Assembly (NCBI GenBank): GCA_037446635.1
Contig: JBBIIG010000019.1
Coordinates: 1-51,700, forward strand
DNA from: a bacterium
Lineage (GTDB): Bacteria > Zhuqueibacterota > Zhuqueibacteria > Oceanimicrobiales > Oceanimicrobiaceae
Length of the DNA: 51,700 nucleotides
Direction of reading: 5' to 3'
Shown here: positions 18,440 through 28,032 of the stretch, piece after piece
Layout: every line of letters starts with the position of its first letter
Numbering within the stretch: position 1 is the first letter of the stretch
Program-made: the position numbers and the translations under genes
Notes under the pieces: model-generated
What the model was told of the DNA's origin: nothing
What the model saw: the letters and a program-made list of their open reading frames with translations, nothing else
Database searches by the model: none

Positions 18440-20014
18440 ATGTCAAGAACAAAAATTCTAGCGTTCGTTTTTATTGCTGTCGCCGTGTTCGTGTCGCCAG
18501 CGGTTGGGCAAATCCCAGCCAATCCCGACAGCGCCCTGCAATTATTTCTCGAACAATTGCCGGGGACGCCGTTGAAATTGAATGATGCAATTCAGCACGC
18601 GCTAAAAAACGCCACGTCGGTGCGCACCGCGGAGGCCACTTATTTGGCGGCGCGCGGCACGGCTCGCCGTGAGGCCGGGTTCTTCGATCCCGAATTATTC
18701 TTTGCGTATGATCGTCTCGATCAAGAGCAGCCGACGGCATCCTTTTTTTCGGGCGCGCCGGTCCTCAATACCAATCAAGCCACCACCAGCGCCGGCTTGC
18801 GGTGGACACTGCCGACGGGCACGAACCTCGAAGCCTCGTTCAACACGGTGCGTTTAAAAACCAACTCCGCGTTTGCTTTTTTGAATCCGCAATACACGGC
18901 GTTTAGCCTTCTGAGTTTCCGCCAGCCCATCCTTGGCGGATTTCACATTTCGGCTCGGAAAGAATTAGTCCGCGCGCAACAGGAATTGGATGCGGCGCAG
19001 GCGCGCTATGATTATGAAGTGCTGGCGGTCAGTGCGGCAGTGGAGCGCGCCTACTGGGATCACTACGCCGCCGAGCGCGATTACGCGGTGCAGAAGCTCA
19101 CCCGCGATCGCGCCGAAGCTTTTTTGCGCGAAACGGAATTGCGCGCCAGCACCGGACTTATTGGTCCCAATCAAGTGGCGAACGCCCGCACCTTCTTGGC
19201 GGAGCAGGAAATTCTGCTGCTGGATCGCGAAGAAGATTTGGATCGATTGTCCGATCAAATGGCCTCATTGATTGGCGTGCGGCCGGAACCCGGCCAGCGC
19301 CGGTTTGTCACGGTGGATGATCCGCCAGATGAATTTCCACTGGAAGACGTTGATGTACTGGTGCAGCAAGCCATTCAAAAAAATCTGCAACTGCAAGCGG
19401 CGCAATCCGATGTCGAGGCGCGGCGGGCGCTCTCAAAAGCCGCGCTGTGGGAAGCGCTGCCCAGCGTTGATCTCGTGGGCTCGTTGGGAGGAAATGGCCT
19501 TTTGGGAACGGCGCAGGATGTTATTTTTGGGGGAGATACGTTGCGCGCCCCGGTCGATCGCCAGGGTGGCCTGGGGGACGCTTTGAGCGAGGCCTTCCAG
19601 CGCGATTTCCCGACGTGGAGCGTCGGCGTGGAAGTCTCCATCCCCATCGGTTTGCGCAGCGGCCGCGGCGAGCGCGATCGCCTGCAAGCCGAGGTGATGA
19701 TCGCCGAGCAAAATTACATCCAGCAAACGCGTTTGTTGGAAGAATTGGTGCGCGCTAATTATCGCGAGTTGTATCACGGCCGCCGGCGTTTGAAGGCGGC
19801 GCGCGAGGGCGTGGAGGCGGCGCAAGAACAAGTGCGCATCGGGTTGATTGAATTCCAGAACGGCCGCACCACCGCTTTTGAATTAGTACGCCTCGGCGCC
19901 GACTTTGCCTTGGCGCAGCAGCGCTATTCACAGGCGCTGGTGCGCAGCGCCAAAGCCGCGGCCACGCTGCGCCAGTTGACTTCGGGGGCATATCCCGGCG
20001 CTACATTGCGTTAA
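18440..20014 (+). CDS. TolC family outer membrane efflux protein
   Basis: Signal peptide, two OEP repeats, upstream of MFP and RND genes; AGGAGG RBS. Confidence 0.88.
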   Translation: MSRTKILAFVFIAVAVFVSPAVGQIPANPDSALQLFLEQLPGTPLKLNDAIQHALKNATSVRTAEATYLAARGTARREAGFFDPELFFAYDRLDQEQPTASFFSGAPVLNTNQATTSAGLRWTLPTGTNLEASFNTVRLKTNSAFAFLNPQYTAFSLLSFRQPILGGFHISARKELVRAQQELDAAQARYDYEVLAVSAAVERAYWDHYAAERDYAVQKLTRDRAEAFLRETELRASTGLIGPNQVANARTFLAEQEILLLDREEDLDRLSDQMASLIGVRPEPGQRRFVTVDDPPDEFPLEDVDVLVQQAIQKNLQLQAAQSDVEARRALSKAALWEALPSVDLVGSLGGNGLLGTAQDVIFGGDTLRAPVDRQGGLGDALSEAFQRDFPTWSVGVEVSIPIGLRSGRGERDRLQAEVMIAEQNYIQQTRLLEELVRANYRELYHGRRRLKAAREGVEAAQEQVRIGLIEFQNGRTTAFELVRLGADFALAQQRYSQALVRSAKAAATLRQLTSGAYPGATLR

Positions 20015-20142
20015 ATCTAACGTGGATTAATGGATCGATGGATAAATGGATTGGTGAAAAACGCAAACGTATTGATCCAGTAATCCATCAATGCGTCATG
20101 ATAAAAGCTTTAGTCAAAAAAAGAGAAAGGTACGAAATCATT

Positions 20143-21231
20143 ATGATACAGCAATTTCGAAATTGGACTGCCGTGATAATTTCCGGGTTGATTTGGGCAA
20201 TCGCGATTGCCTGCGGCAAAAATGCCGGCGGCGGATTTTCAATGCCGCCGACCGCAGTGGAAGTCTCTCCGGTAATTGTCCAAAAAGTAGCCGACAAGTT
20301 TGAGGCGGTCGGCACCATCGAGGCGATTGAAGCAACCACGGTGGTGTCGGAGATAGACGCCGCGGTCAAAGCGTTGCCGTTCAAAGAAGGTGGCTTTATT
20401 CGCCGCGGCGAGTTGATTGCCCAGCTCGATGATGCGCAGTTGGCAGCGGAGGTAGCGCGCGCCGAGGCCCTGCTGGCCCAAAGCCAGTCAACTTACGATC
20501 GCATCAAAACCATCGTCGATCAGAAGGCCGGCGCGCCGCAGGATTTGGATGACGCCGCGGCGGCGCTGAAAGTGGCACAGGCCAATCTCGATCTCGCCAA
20601 AGCGCGCTTTGCGAAAACGCGCATCACGGCGCCGTTCGACGGCATCATCGGCGCGCGGCGGGTGAGCGTCGGGAGGTTTTTGCGCGTCGGCGACGCCATC
20701 ACCGATCTCGCCAACATCGATGAAATTCGGGTGAGCTTTTCGGCGCCCGAGCGTTTTCTCGCGCGACTTTCGCAGGGTGCAAAAGTGAAAGTTTCAACCA
20801 CTGCGTTTCCAGGTTATGAATTGGAAGGCGAGATCATCGTCATTGAGCCAATGATCGATCCCACCACCCGCAGCGCTGGCGTGGTGGCGCGTGTGCCGAA
20901 TCCAGAGCGCAAATTTCGTCCTGGAATGTCCGCCAATGTTTCCGCGATTTTGAGCGAGCGCCCGGACGCGCTCACTATCCCCAACGAAGCGGTGTTTGGC
21001 AGCGGCAATCAATCTTTTGTATTCGTTGTTAAACCGGATAGCACGGTTTCGCAGGTTGCGCTTACGCTTGGCACTCGTTTGGCGGATATTGTGGAAGTGG
21101 TGGAGGGATTGCAGCCGGGGATGATGGTCGTGCGCGCGGGGCATCAAAAAATTTTCGAAGGCGCCAAAGTGATGCCGATTAACAACGCCAGCGTTGCAAA
21201 TTCAAATGGCGATACCACGGCCGCAAAGTGA
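20143..21231 (+). CDS. RND periplasmic adaptor subunit (lipoprotein)
   Basis: IAIAC lipobox, TRITAPFDGIIG and RPGMSA; probable start ATG at 20143. Confidence 0.9.
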   Translation: MIQQFRNWTAVIISGLIWAIAIACGKNAGGGFSMPPTAVEVSPVIVQKVADKFEAVGTIEAIEATTVVSEIDAAVKALPFKEGGFIRRGELIAQLDDAQLAAEVARAEALLAQSQSTYDRIKTIVDQKAGAPQDLDDAAAALKVAQANLDLAKARFAKTRITAPFDGIIGARRVSVGRFLRVGDAITDLANIDEIRVSFSAPERFLARLSQGAKVKVSTTAFPGYELEGEIIVIEPMIDPTTRSAGVVARVPNPERKFRPGMSANVSAILSERPDALTIPNEAVFGSGNQSFVFVVKPDSTVSQVALTLGTRLADIVEVVEGLQPGMMVVRAGHQKIFEGAKVMPINNASVANSNGDTTAAK

Positions 21232-21527
21232 AGTGTGTTTGTGAACAAACAAAAAAAAGTTGCGGGGTTTACGGTTTTTCCAAACAGTAACTTTAATCAG
21301 CATCAAAGAAAGAATGAATTGAAATATGCAGCGTTCCCCTGAACCGTTTTCTACCCCAAGAACACGAAGATCACGAAAGCTATTTAAAGATCGGTTTTTA
21401 TCTGATTCTTGTTCTTTGTGAGCTTCGTATTTTCAGTGAAGTTTAGCAACTAAATCCCAGAAGAACCAGAAAGTTGTCACCAGCAGCGGTATAGCAAAAT
21501 AGCAGTAAGCAAATTGAGAGGAAACCC

Positions 21528-24500
21528 ATGAAACTCAGTACTGTTTCAATACAACGCCCGGTGTTCGCCAGTGTGATGAGCTTCACCATTCTGCTGTTCG
21601 GCATCATCGCCTTTTTGCGGTTGCCGGTGCGCGAATATCCGGACATCGATCCGCCGATCATTTCCGTTGTCACCCTGTATCGCGGCGCCAGCCCGAGTGT
21701 GGTGGAAACGGAAATCACCAACGTGCTGGAAGAGCAGTTCGCGACCCTCGAGGGCGTGAAAACCATCACTTCATCGAGCCGCGAACAGGGCTCGGTGATC
21801 ACCATCGAATTCGAGCTGGAGCGCAACGTGGACGAAGCTGCCAACGACGTGCGCGATCGCGTCTCGCGCGTGCGCGGCAATCTTCCCCGCGAGATCGACG
21901 ACCCGGTGGTCTCCAAAGTCGACGCCAACGCCCAGGCCATCGTTTGGCTGGCGCTTTCTAGCGACCGCCACAGCGGCCTGGAGCTGACCGACATCGCTGA
22001 TCGCATTTTGAAGGAACGCATCCAGCGGCTGCCGGGCGTCGGCTCGGTGATCATCGGCGGCGAGCGGCGCTACGCCATGCGCGTCTGGCTCGATCCGCTG
22101 CGCATGGCCGCGCACGATCTGACGACGCAGGACGTGGAGAACGCCATCCGCCGCGAGAACGCCGAGATTCCCGCCGGCCGCGTGGAAGGCGCGGAACGGG
22201 AATTTTCCGTGCGCACGCGCGGCGAGCTGACCACGCCGGAGGAATTCGGCGCGATCATCGTCTCTCAAACCAAAGACAACCTCGTGCGCCTGCGGGACGT
22301 CGCCGAAGTGAACGTGGGCGCCGAGGATGAACGCACCGTGGCACGCTACAACGGCCAGTCCGCCGTGGGATTGGGTATCGTCAAGCAATCCAAGGCCAGC
22401 ACGGTGGACGTGGCGGCGGAGGTGCGCAGCGCATTGCAGGAACTGACCGGACTTTTGCCCGCCGGCATGAGGCTCGACGTCGCGTACGATTCTTCTACCT
22501 TTATTAATGAATCGATCGCGGAGGTGCGAGAAACCCTGATCATTGCTATGTGCCTCGTGGTGCTGGTGGTGTTCGTATTTCTGAAAAGCTTGCGGGCGAC
22601 CACCATCCCCACGGTCGCGATTCCGATATCGATCATCGGCGCGTTTGCCGTGGCTTACTTTGCCGGCTTCACGATTAATATTTTAACTCTGCTGGCGTTA
22701 GTGCTGGCCATCGGTATGGTGGTGGACGACGCCATCGTGGTGTTGGAAAACGTCTATCGCCATATCGAAATGGGAAAGAGCCGGCTGCAGGCGGCGTTCG
22801 ACGGCAGCAAAGAAATTGGTTTTGCTGTGGTTGCCACCACCATTTCGCTCGTGGCGGTGTTTGTGCCGCTGGCGTTTTTGACGGGATCGGTAGGCCGGTT
22901 GTTCAATGAGTTCGGCGTGACCCTGGCCGTATCCATTCTCATTTCCGGTTTCGTGGCGCTGACCTTGACGCCCATGCTGTGCTCGAAGATTCTCACGCCG
23001 CTGCATCATACCAACAACAGTTGGGCTTCGCGATCCTTTGACGCATTTTTCGATTTTCTCGATAAAGTCTATCATCGTATTCTAAACGCCGCGCTGCGTC
23101 ATCGTCCGCTGATGCTCATCGCCGCGATCGCCACCGTGGTAGTGGGCGTCGTACTTTTCAAAAATCTTCCCAGCGAACTGGTGCCGGTTGAAGATCGCGG
23201 CATTGGCTTCGGCATTGTCATCGCGCCGGAGGGCGCCACGCTAGATTACACCGATCGTTACATGCGAGAAATTGAAAAAATTCTGATGGCGCTGCCAGAA
23301 CGCCGCGGCTTGTTTACCGCCATTGGATTGGGATTCGGCGGGCCGGGGCGAGTCACGAACGGCGTGCTGTTTTTGAACCTGAAGCCTCGCAACGAACGCA
23401 AGAAATCTCAACAGCAAATCGTTCAGGAATTGTTTCCGCAGTTGATGGCCATCCCCGGCGTGTTCGCATTTGTGATCAACCCGCCCAGTCTTGGCGGAAG
23501 ATTTAATTCCAGTCCGGTTGAGTATGTCCTGCAAGCGGAAAGCTACGAAGAGCTGAACCAGGCCGTAGGCATCATGATGGGCGAGGCCTCGAAGTTAGGG
23601 TACTTTTTCAATATCGACACCGATTTGCGCCTCAACAAACCGCAGCTCGATCTCAACATCGACCGCGAGCGCGCCTCCGGCCTCGGCGTGTCGGTCACCG
23701 ATATTGGCTCGACGCTCGAGACTTTCTTGGGCGGCCGAGTGGTCACCAATTTCAAACGCGGCACCAAACAGTACGACGTCATTTTGCAGATGAAACCCTC
23801 GGCGCGCGCCACCCCGGATGCCATCCGCGAAATTTACCTGCGCGGCAGCGGCGGCTTGGTGCAGCTCGCCAACGTCGTGCGCATCGAAGAAACGCTGGCG
23901 CCGAAAGAACTGAACCACTATAACCGCGTGCGTTCCGCTACCATCACCTCCAACCTCGCTTCCAGTGTAACGCTGGGCCAGGCCCTGGACGATCTGGATC
24001 GCATTGCGGCGGAGAAGTTACCCGCGGGCATCAAACGTGAATACGCCGGGCAGTCGCTAGAATTCAAAACCTCGAGCTCCAGCCTCTATTTCATGTTCCT
24101 GTTGGCGGTGGTGTTCATTTACCTCGTGCTGGCGGCGCAGTTTGAAAGTTGGATTCACCCGCTCACGATTTTGCTCTCGGTGCCGCTGGCGGTGTTCGGC
24201 GCGCTGCTCACGCTCTTCATCTTTGGGCAGAGCCTCAACATCTATTCGCAAATTGGCTTGATCATGCTCATCGGCTTGGTCACAAAAAATGCTATTCTGA
24301 TCGTGGAATTCGCCAATCAATTGCGCGAACGCGGGCAAAAATTAATGGATGCCGTGGTCGAAGCCGCCGCCATCCGGTTGCGGCCAATTTTGATGACCTC
24401 GTTCTCGACTATCTTCGGCATCCTGCCCATTGCTATCGGTCTCGGCGCCGGCGCCGAAGCCCGGCGGCCGCTGGGTCTCGCGGTGGTCGGCGGCATGTTT

Positions 24501-24653
24501 TTCTCCACCTTTCTCACGCTGGTACTGGTGCCGGTGTTGTACACTCTGCTGGCGCGTTTCACCAAAGAGACCCGCCGTGGCGCAAAGGAACCGCTTGCTG
24601 GACAGACGCAAAAGAAGCGCGCGCCGGCTGAGTTAATTGTGGAGAGCCAGTAG
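21528..24653 (+). CDS. RND efflux permease (AcrB/MexW/MdtB-like)
   Basis: LPVREYPDIDPP, GMVVDDAIVVLEN, TKNAILIVEFA and RLRPILMT motifs; 1041 aa. Confidence 0.95.
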   Translation: MKLSTVSIQRPVFASVMSFTILLFGIIAFLRLPVREYPDIDPPIISVVTLYRGASPSVVETEITNVLEEQFATLEGVKTITSSSREQGSVITIEFELERNVDEAANDVRDRVSRVRGNLPREIDDPVVSKVDANAQAIVWLALSSDRHSGLELTDIADRILKERIQRLPGVGSVIIGGERRYAMRVWLDPLRMAAHDLTTQDVENAIRRENAEIPAGRVEGAEREFSVRTRGELTTPEEFGAIIVSQTKDNLVRLRDVAEVNVGAEDERTVARYNGQSAVGLGIVKQSKASTVDVAAEVRSALQELTGLLPAGMRLDVAYDSSTFINESIAEVRETLIIAMCLVVLVVFVFLKSLRATTIPTVAIPISIIGAFAVAYFAGFTINILTLLALVLAIGMVVDDAIVVLENVYRHIEMGKSRLQAAFDGSKEIGFAVVATTISLVAVFVPLAFLTGSVGRLFNEFGVTLAVSILISGFVALTLTPMLCSKILTPLHHTNNSWASRSFDAFFDFLDKVYHRILNAALRHRPLMLIAAIATVVVGVVLFKNLPSELVPVEDRGIGFGIVIAPEGATLDYTDRYMREIEKILMALPERRGLFTAIGLGFGGPGRVTNGVLFLNLKPRNERKKSQQQIVQELFPQLMAIPGVFAFVINPPSLGGRFNSSPVEYVLQAESYEELNQAVGIMMGEASKLGYFFNIDTDLRLNKPQLDLNIDRERASGLGVSVTDIGSTLETFLGGRVVTNFKRGTKQYDVILQMKPSARATPDAIREIYLRGSGGLVQLANVVRIEETLAPKELNHYNRVRSATITSNLASSVTLGQALDDLDRIAAEKLPAGIKREYAGQSLEFKTSSSSLYFMFLLAVVFIYLVLAAQFESWIHPLTILLSVPLAVFGALLTLFIFGQSLNIYSQIGLIMLIGLVTKNAILIVEFANQLRERGQKLMDAVVEAAAIRLRPILMTSFSTIFGILPIAIGLGAGAEARRPLGLAVVGGMFFSTFLTLVLVPVLYTLLARFTKETRRGAKEPLAGQTQKKRAPAELIVESQ

Positions 24654-24662
24654 CGAGGGCAC

Positions 24663-24734
24663 TGGATTGTTGGATTAATGGATTACTGGATCAATAATCG
24701 CTTTGCGCCATGCGCTATGCTCTTTGCGCTCTGC
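24663..24734. repeat. 8-mer tggattaa-type tandem repeats plus a 7-mer-type repeat arm
   Basis: tggattgt tggattaa tggattac tggatcaa, then ctttgcgccatgcgctatgctctttgcgctctgc; related 8-mers at 20022-20091. Confidence 0.6.
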
Positions 24735-24784
24735 ATAAAATCCACGTTAGTTAAAATGAACGTTTTCGGAAAGGAAAGTGAATC

Positions 24785-25426
24785 ATGAAGATCGGCATAT
24801 TAGGCTCTGGCGCGGTGGGCCAGCAATTGGGACTCGGCTTTGGCCGCCTCGGCCACGATGTGAAAATTGGCACCCGCGATCCCGGCAAGCTTAGCCACTG
24901 GCTGAAACAAATTGGCCAGCGCGGTTCGGCCGGCAGCTTTGAAGACGCTGCCAAATTCGGGGAGATCGTGGTGCTCTGCACGTTGTGGGAGGGAACCGAG
25001 AGCGCCATCAACTTAGCGGGCAAGAAGAATTTCTCCGGTAAAGTAGTCATCGATGTCACCAACCCGCTGGATTTTTCGCAGGGTCTGCCGCCAAAATTTG
25101 TCGCCACCGTCGGCAACTCCGGCGGCGAACAGGTGCAGCGCTGGCTGCCAGAAGCGAAAGTGGTGAAAGCGTTCAACACCATCGGCAACGCCATCATGTG
25201 CAATCCCAAACGCGCGGAAGGCGTGCCGGATCTGTTCATCGCCGGGGATGATGACGCCGCGAAGAAGACGGTTTCAGGTTTCGCAGAAAGATGGGGCTGG
25301 GCCAGCGTGATCGACATGGGCGACATCTCGCAATCTTTTTGGCTGGAAACCTTCGCGATGCTGTGGATTCACTACGGCTTCAAGTTCAACAACTGGACGC
25401 ACGCGTTCAAGCTGCTGCGGAAGTAG
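24785..25426 (+). CDS. NADP oxidoreductase, F420-dependent (FNO-like) family
   Basis: GILGSGAVG Rossmann motif, VIDVTNPL and VVKAFNT. Confidence 0.88.
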   Translation: MKIGILGSGAVGQQLGLGFGRLGHDVKIGTRDPGKLSHWLKQIGQRGSAGSFEDAAKFGEIVVLCTLWEGTESAINLAGKKNFSGKVVIDVTNPLDFSQGLPPKFVATVGNSGGEQVQRWLPEAKVVKAFNTIGNAIMCNPKRAEGVPDLFIAGDDDAAKKTVSGFAERWGWASVIDMGDISQSFWLETFAMLWIHYGFKFNNWTHAFKLLRK

Positions 25427-25436
25427 GGCGAATATT

Positions 25437-25466
25437 CGTAGGGGCGTATGGCGATACGCCCCTACG
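25437..25466. repeat. GTAG-type REP palindrome
   Basis: cgtaggggcgtatggcgatacgcccctacg. Confidence 0.7.
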
Positions 25467-25501
25467 GGGTCGAATTGTTAAAAAAATGGGTCATCAATAA
25501 C

Positions 25502-25530
25502 GGCGCATCGTCGATGCGCCTTTTCTATTT
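25502..25530 (+). terminator. Rho-independent terminator
   Basis: ggcgcatcg-t-cgatgcgcc followed by ttttctattt. Confidence 0.6.
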
Positions 25531-25693
25531 TGAAGCACTCAGAAAAATAAACTTGTAAAGCAAAAAATCATTGTGTAATTTTACAGGAAAAATTTTTCTG
25601 CCTTACGTTGCTAAACTCTAAGCTAAGTTAATCGAAAAATTACACAAGCAGTATTATTCCGATGAAACCAGCAAAATCGCTTAAACTACAACT

Positions 25694-27022
25694 GTGACTA
25701 ACCTCGCCCAAACCCTTCAATCCGCCGGCGTCGTCGGTGCCGGCGGCGCGGGATTTCCGACGTACAAAAAGTTGGAAGCCCGTGTGGAGATCATCATCGC
25801 CAATGGCGCGGAGTGCGAGCCGCTGCTGTTCAAAGATCAGATTTTGATGGAGACCTATCCCCGCGAAATCATCAGCGGCATGATCGCGGCGATGAATCAC
25901 ACCGGCGCGGGGCAGGGCATTGTCGCCATCAAAGGCAAGAATCGCCACGCTATCGACGCCATTTCGGCGCATTTGCCCGCCAACATTCGTATTTTTGAAA
26001 TGGAAGATGTTTACCCCGCAGGCGACGAATACGAAGTGGTTTATCACAGCACCGGCCGCCGCATTCCCGCCGGTGGACTGCCGCTGGAAGTCGGCATCGT
26101 GGTACAAAACGTCGAGACGCTGTACAACATCCACCGCGCAGTCGAACGCCATCCGGTGACGCACTCGATGATGACCATCCACGGCCACGTGCGGGAGCCG
26201 CTGACAGCGTGGTTTCCGATTGGCATGAGTTACCGCGATGCCCTCGACGTCGCCGGCGGCGCCACCATCGATGACTTCGTCCTCATCGATGGCGGCCCGA
26301 TGATGGGCAAAGTTGTGACGGACTTGTCCACGCCGGTGACGCGCACCACCAGCGGCCTGCTGGTGATGCCGCGCGAGTCGAGGTTGGCGGTTCGGAAATC
26401 TCAGCCGGAACCAGCCTACAAACGCTTCGGCAAATCCGCCTGCGACCAGTGCAGCCTCTGCACCGAGATGTGCCCGCGCTACCTGCTCGGCTATCCCATC
26501 AAGCCGCACCTCGTGATGCGCTCGCTGCTGACGACCGGTGAACTGAGCGAGACTCTCACCCATTGGGCGCAGGCGTGCTGCGAGTGCAATATCTGCACAC
26601 TTTGGGCCTGTCCCGAAGATCTCGACCCGCGCAACGTGTGCGTCGTCACCAAACGCGATCTGAAAAAGAATAACAGGTGGCTGCCGCCCGTGCAACTCCA
26701 GAAGCTGACGCAGGAAGTTCATCCGATAAAAAAATACCGCAGTGTGCCGACTCAGCGTCTCACCCGCCGGCTGGGTCTGGATAAATTTACTTCAAAAGCG
26801 CCGTTGTTCACCGGCGCCATTGAACCGAAGTCGGTTGCCATCCCGCTGCAGCAGCACGCGGGCGCGCCGGCAGTTGCGGTGGTTCGCGAGGGAAATCGCG
26901 TGGAGGCGGGAAGTGTGATCGCGAAAGCAGCCGAGGGACAGCTGAGTGTGGCGGTGCATGCGAGTATTTCGGGGATCGTCAAAGCGGTTGGGAAGAGTAT
27001 TCTAATTGAGAAGGATGATTAA
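25694..27022 (+). CDS. pduS: PduS/RnfC-like flavin Fe-S oxidoreductase (microcompartment-associated)
   Basis: AGVVGAGGAGFPT, NGAECEPL, GGPMMG, CDQCSLCTEMCP and CCECNICTLWACP; C-terminal RnfC_N-like segment; adjacent to PduT. Confidence 0.85.
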   Translation: MTNLAQTLQSAGVVGAGGAGFPTYKKLEARVEIIIANGAECEPLLFKDQILMETYPREIISGMIAAMNHTGAGQGIVAIKGKNRHAIDAISAHLPANIRIFEMEDVYPAGDEYEVVYHSTGRRIPAGGLPLEVGIVVQNVETLYNIHRAVERHPVTHSMMTIHGHVREPLTAWFPIGMSYRDALDVAGGATIDDFVLIDGGPMMGKVVTDLSTPVTRTTSGLLVMPRESRLAVRKSQPEPAYKRFGKSACDQCSLCTEMCPRYLLGYPIKPHLVMRSLLTTGELSETLTHWAQACCECNICTLWACPEDLDPRNVCVVTKRDLKKNNRWLPPVQLQKLTQEVHPIKKYRSVPTQRLTRRLGLDKFTSKAPLFTGAIEPKSVAIPLQQHAGAPAVAVVREGNRVEAGSVIAKAAEGQLSVAVHASISGIVKAVGKSILIEKDD

Positions 27023-27164
27023 AATCAAATGTTATTCCGAACCGACACAATTCACAGTTTTGCGGTTGGCGCGTGAGTGAATTGTCAATGATGAACGGTG
27101 AATGGTGAATTGTTGATTGTCAACCCAGACGTGGTGAGAGGCTCTTTATGAAAAGGGAGAATAA

Positions 27165-27713
27165 ATGCAACCAGCAATCGGCCTGATTGAACTCACCTCG
27201 ATTGCCAAAGGCTACGAGGTGGCGGATGCGCTGCTCAAAACCGCGCGCGTCGACATGGTGTTCAACCGCACGATTTGCCCGGGCAAATTCATGGTGATGG
27301 TTTGCGGGGACACCGACGCCGTGAACTCCAGCATGGCCGTGGGGCGCGATATCGGCGGCGAGACCGTGGTGGACGATCTCATCATCCCTAACGTTCATCC
27401 CGATGTGTTTCCGGCCATCAGCGGCACACGAGTGATCGAATCCACCGGCGCGCTGGGCATCATCGAGACGTTTTCGGTGGCGTCGATCATCGAGGCGGCG
27501 GATGCGGCGGTGAAGGCCGCGGACGTACAGCTCATGGAAATTCACCTGGCGATGGCTATCGGCGGGAAGGGCTACGTGACCCTCACTGGCGACGTGGCGG
27601 CTGTCACCGCGGCGGTGGAGGCGGGCGCCGATTATATCGCCAGCAAAGGGCTGCTAGTGAGTAAGGTGATCATCCCCCAGCCGCGTCCGGAGATTTTGCG
27701 GGATAAGATTTAA
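27165..27713 (+). CDS. pduT: Tandem-domain microcompartment shell protein (BMC-T, PduT-like)
   Basis: Two BMC domains (AIGLIELTSIAKG...; ALGIIETFSVAS...GGKGYVTLTGDVAAV); TICPGKF retains the PduT Fe-S cysteine. Confidence 0.9.
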   Translation: MQPAIGLIELTSIAKGYEVADALLKTARVDMVFNRTICPGKFMVMVCGDTDAVNSSMAVGRDIGGETVVDDLIIPNVHPDVFPAISGTRVIESTGALGIIETFSVASIIEAADAAVKAADVQLMEIHLAMAIGGKGYVTLTGDVAAVTAAVEAGADYIASKGLLVSKVIIPQPRPEILRDKI

Positions 27714-27740
27714 GGAACCTTGCGAAGGTTTCGAACCTTC

Positions 27741-28020
27741 CTCGTTCCCATGCTGCCGCGTGGGAACGGTGGGCTGGACGCAGAGCGTTCCCCAGCTTCG
27801 CTCCTACGCCGAGCGTGGGAGCGAGAATTAGGTTAGCTTCTAAAACAAAACTCCCAACCTCAGTTTTGAGATTGGGAGTTTTTAATTTACTTCCTCCCTC
27901 GTTCCCACGCTCCCGCGTGGGAAAGGTGGGCTGGACGCAGAGCGTTCCCCAGCTTCGCTCCTACGCCGAGCGTAGGAGCGAAAAAAGGGTTTCGCTCCCA
28001 CGCCGAGCGTGGGAGCGAGA
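27741..28020. repeat. Tandem ~85-bp palindromic repeat units (ctcgttcccacgc...gagcgtgggagcgag), 2.5 copies
   Basis: Copies at 27741-27825 and 27898-27981, half copy at 27991-28020; related ends near 15238 and 15347-15358. Confidence 0.8.
27847..27883. terminator. Bidirectional terminator between pduT and the TonB-dependent receptor gene
   Basis: aaaactcccaacctca-gttt-tgagattgggagttttt. Confidence 0.75.
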
Positions 28021-28032
28021 TAGTTCACCTTG

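Noticed and set aside
20038..20142. N-terminal extension of the RND adaptor ORF (also extensions at 15656, 35643, 43413 and 11731)
   Set aside because: Extensions run through repeats or leader DNA; downstream ATGs give family-typical N-termini, some with a clear RBS
24785..27022. FNO-like reductase as part of the pduS-pduT unit
   Set aside because: Separated by a REP, a terminator and a 267-bp spacer with its own candidate regulatory sites
27741..28020. Possible CRISPR array
   Set aside because: Units are ~85-bp palindromic composites in 2.5 copies without regular unique spacers, and no cas genes are present; fits a REP-like repeat
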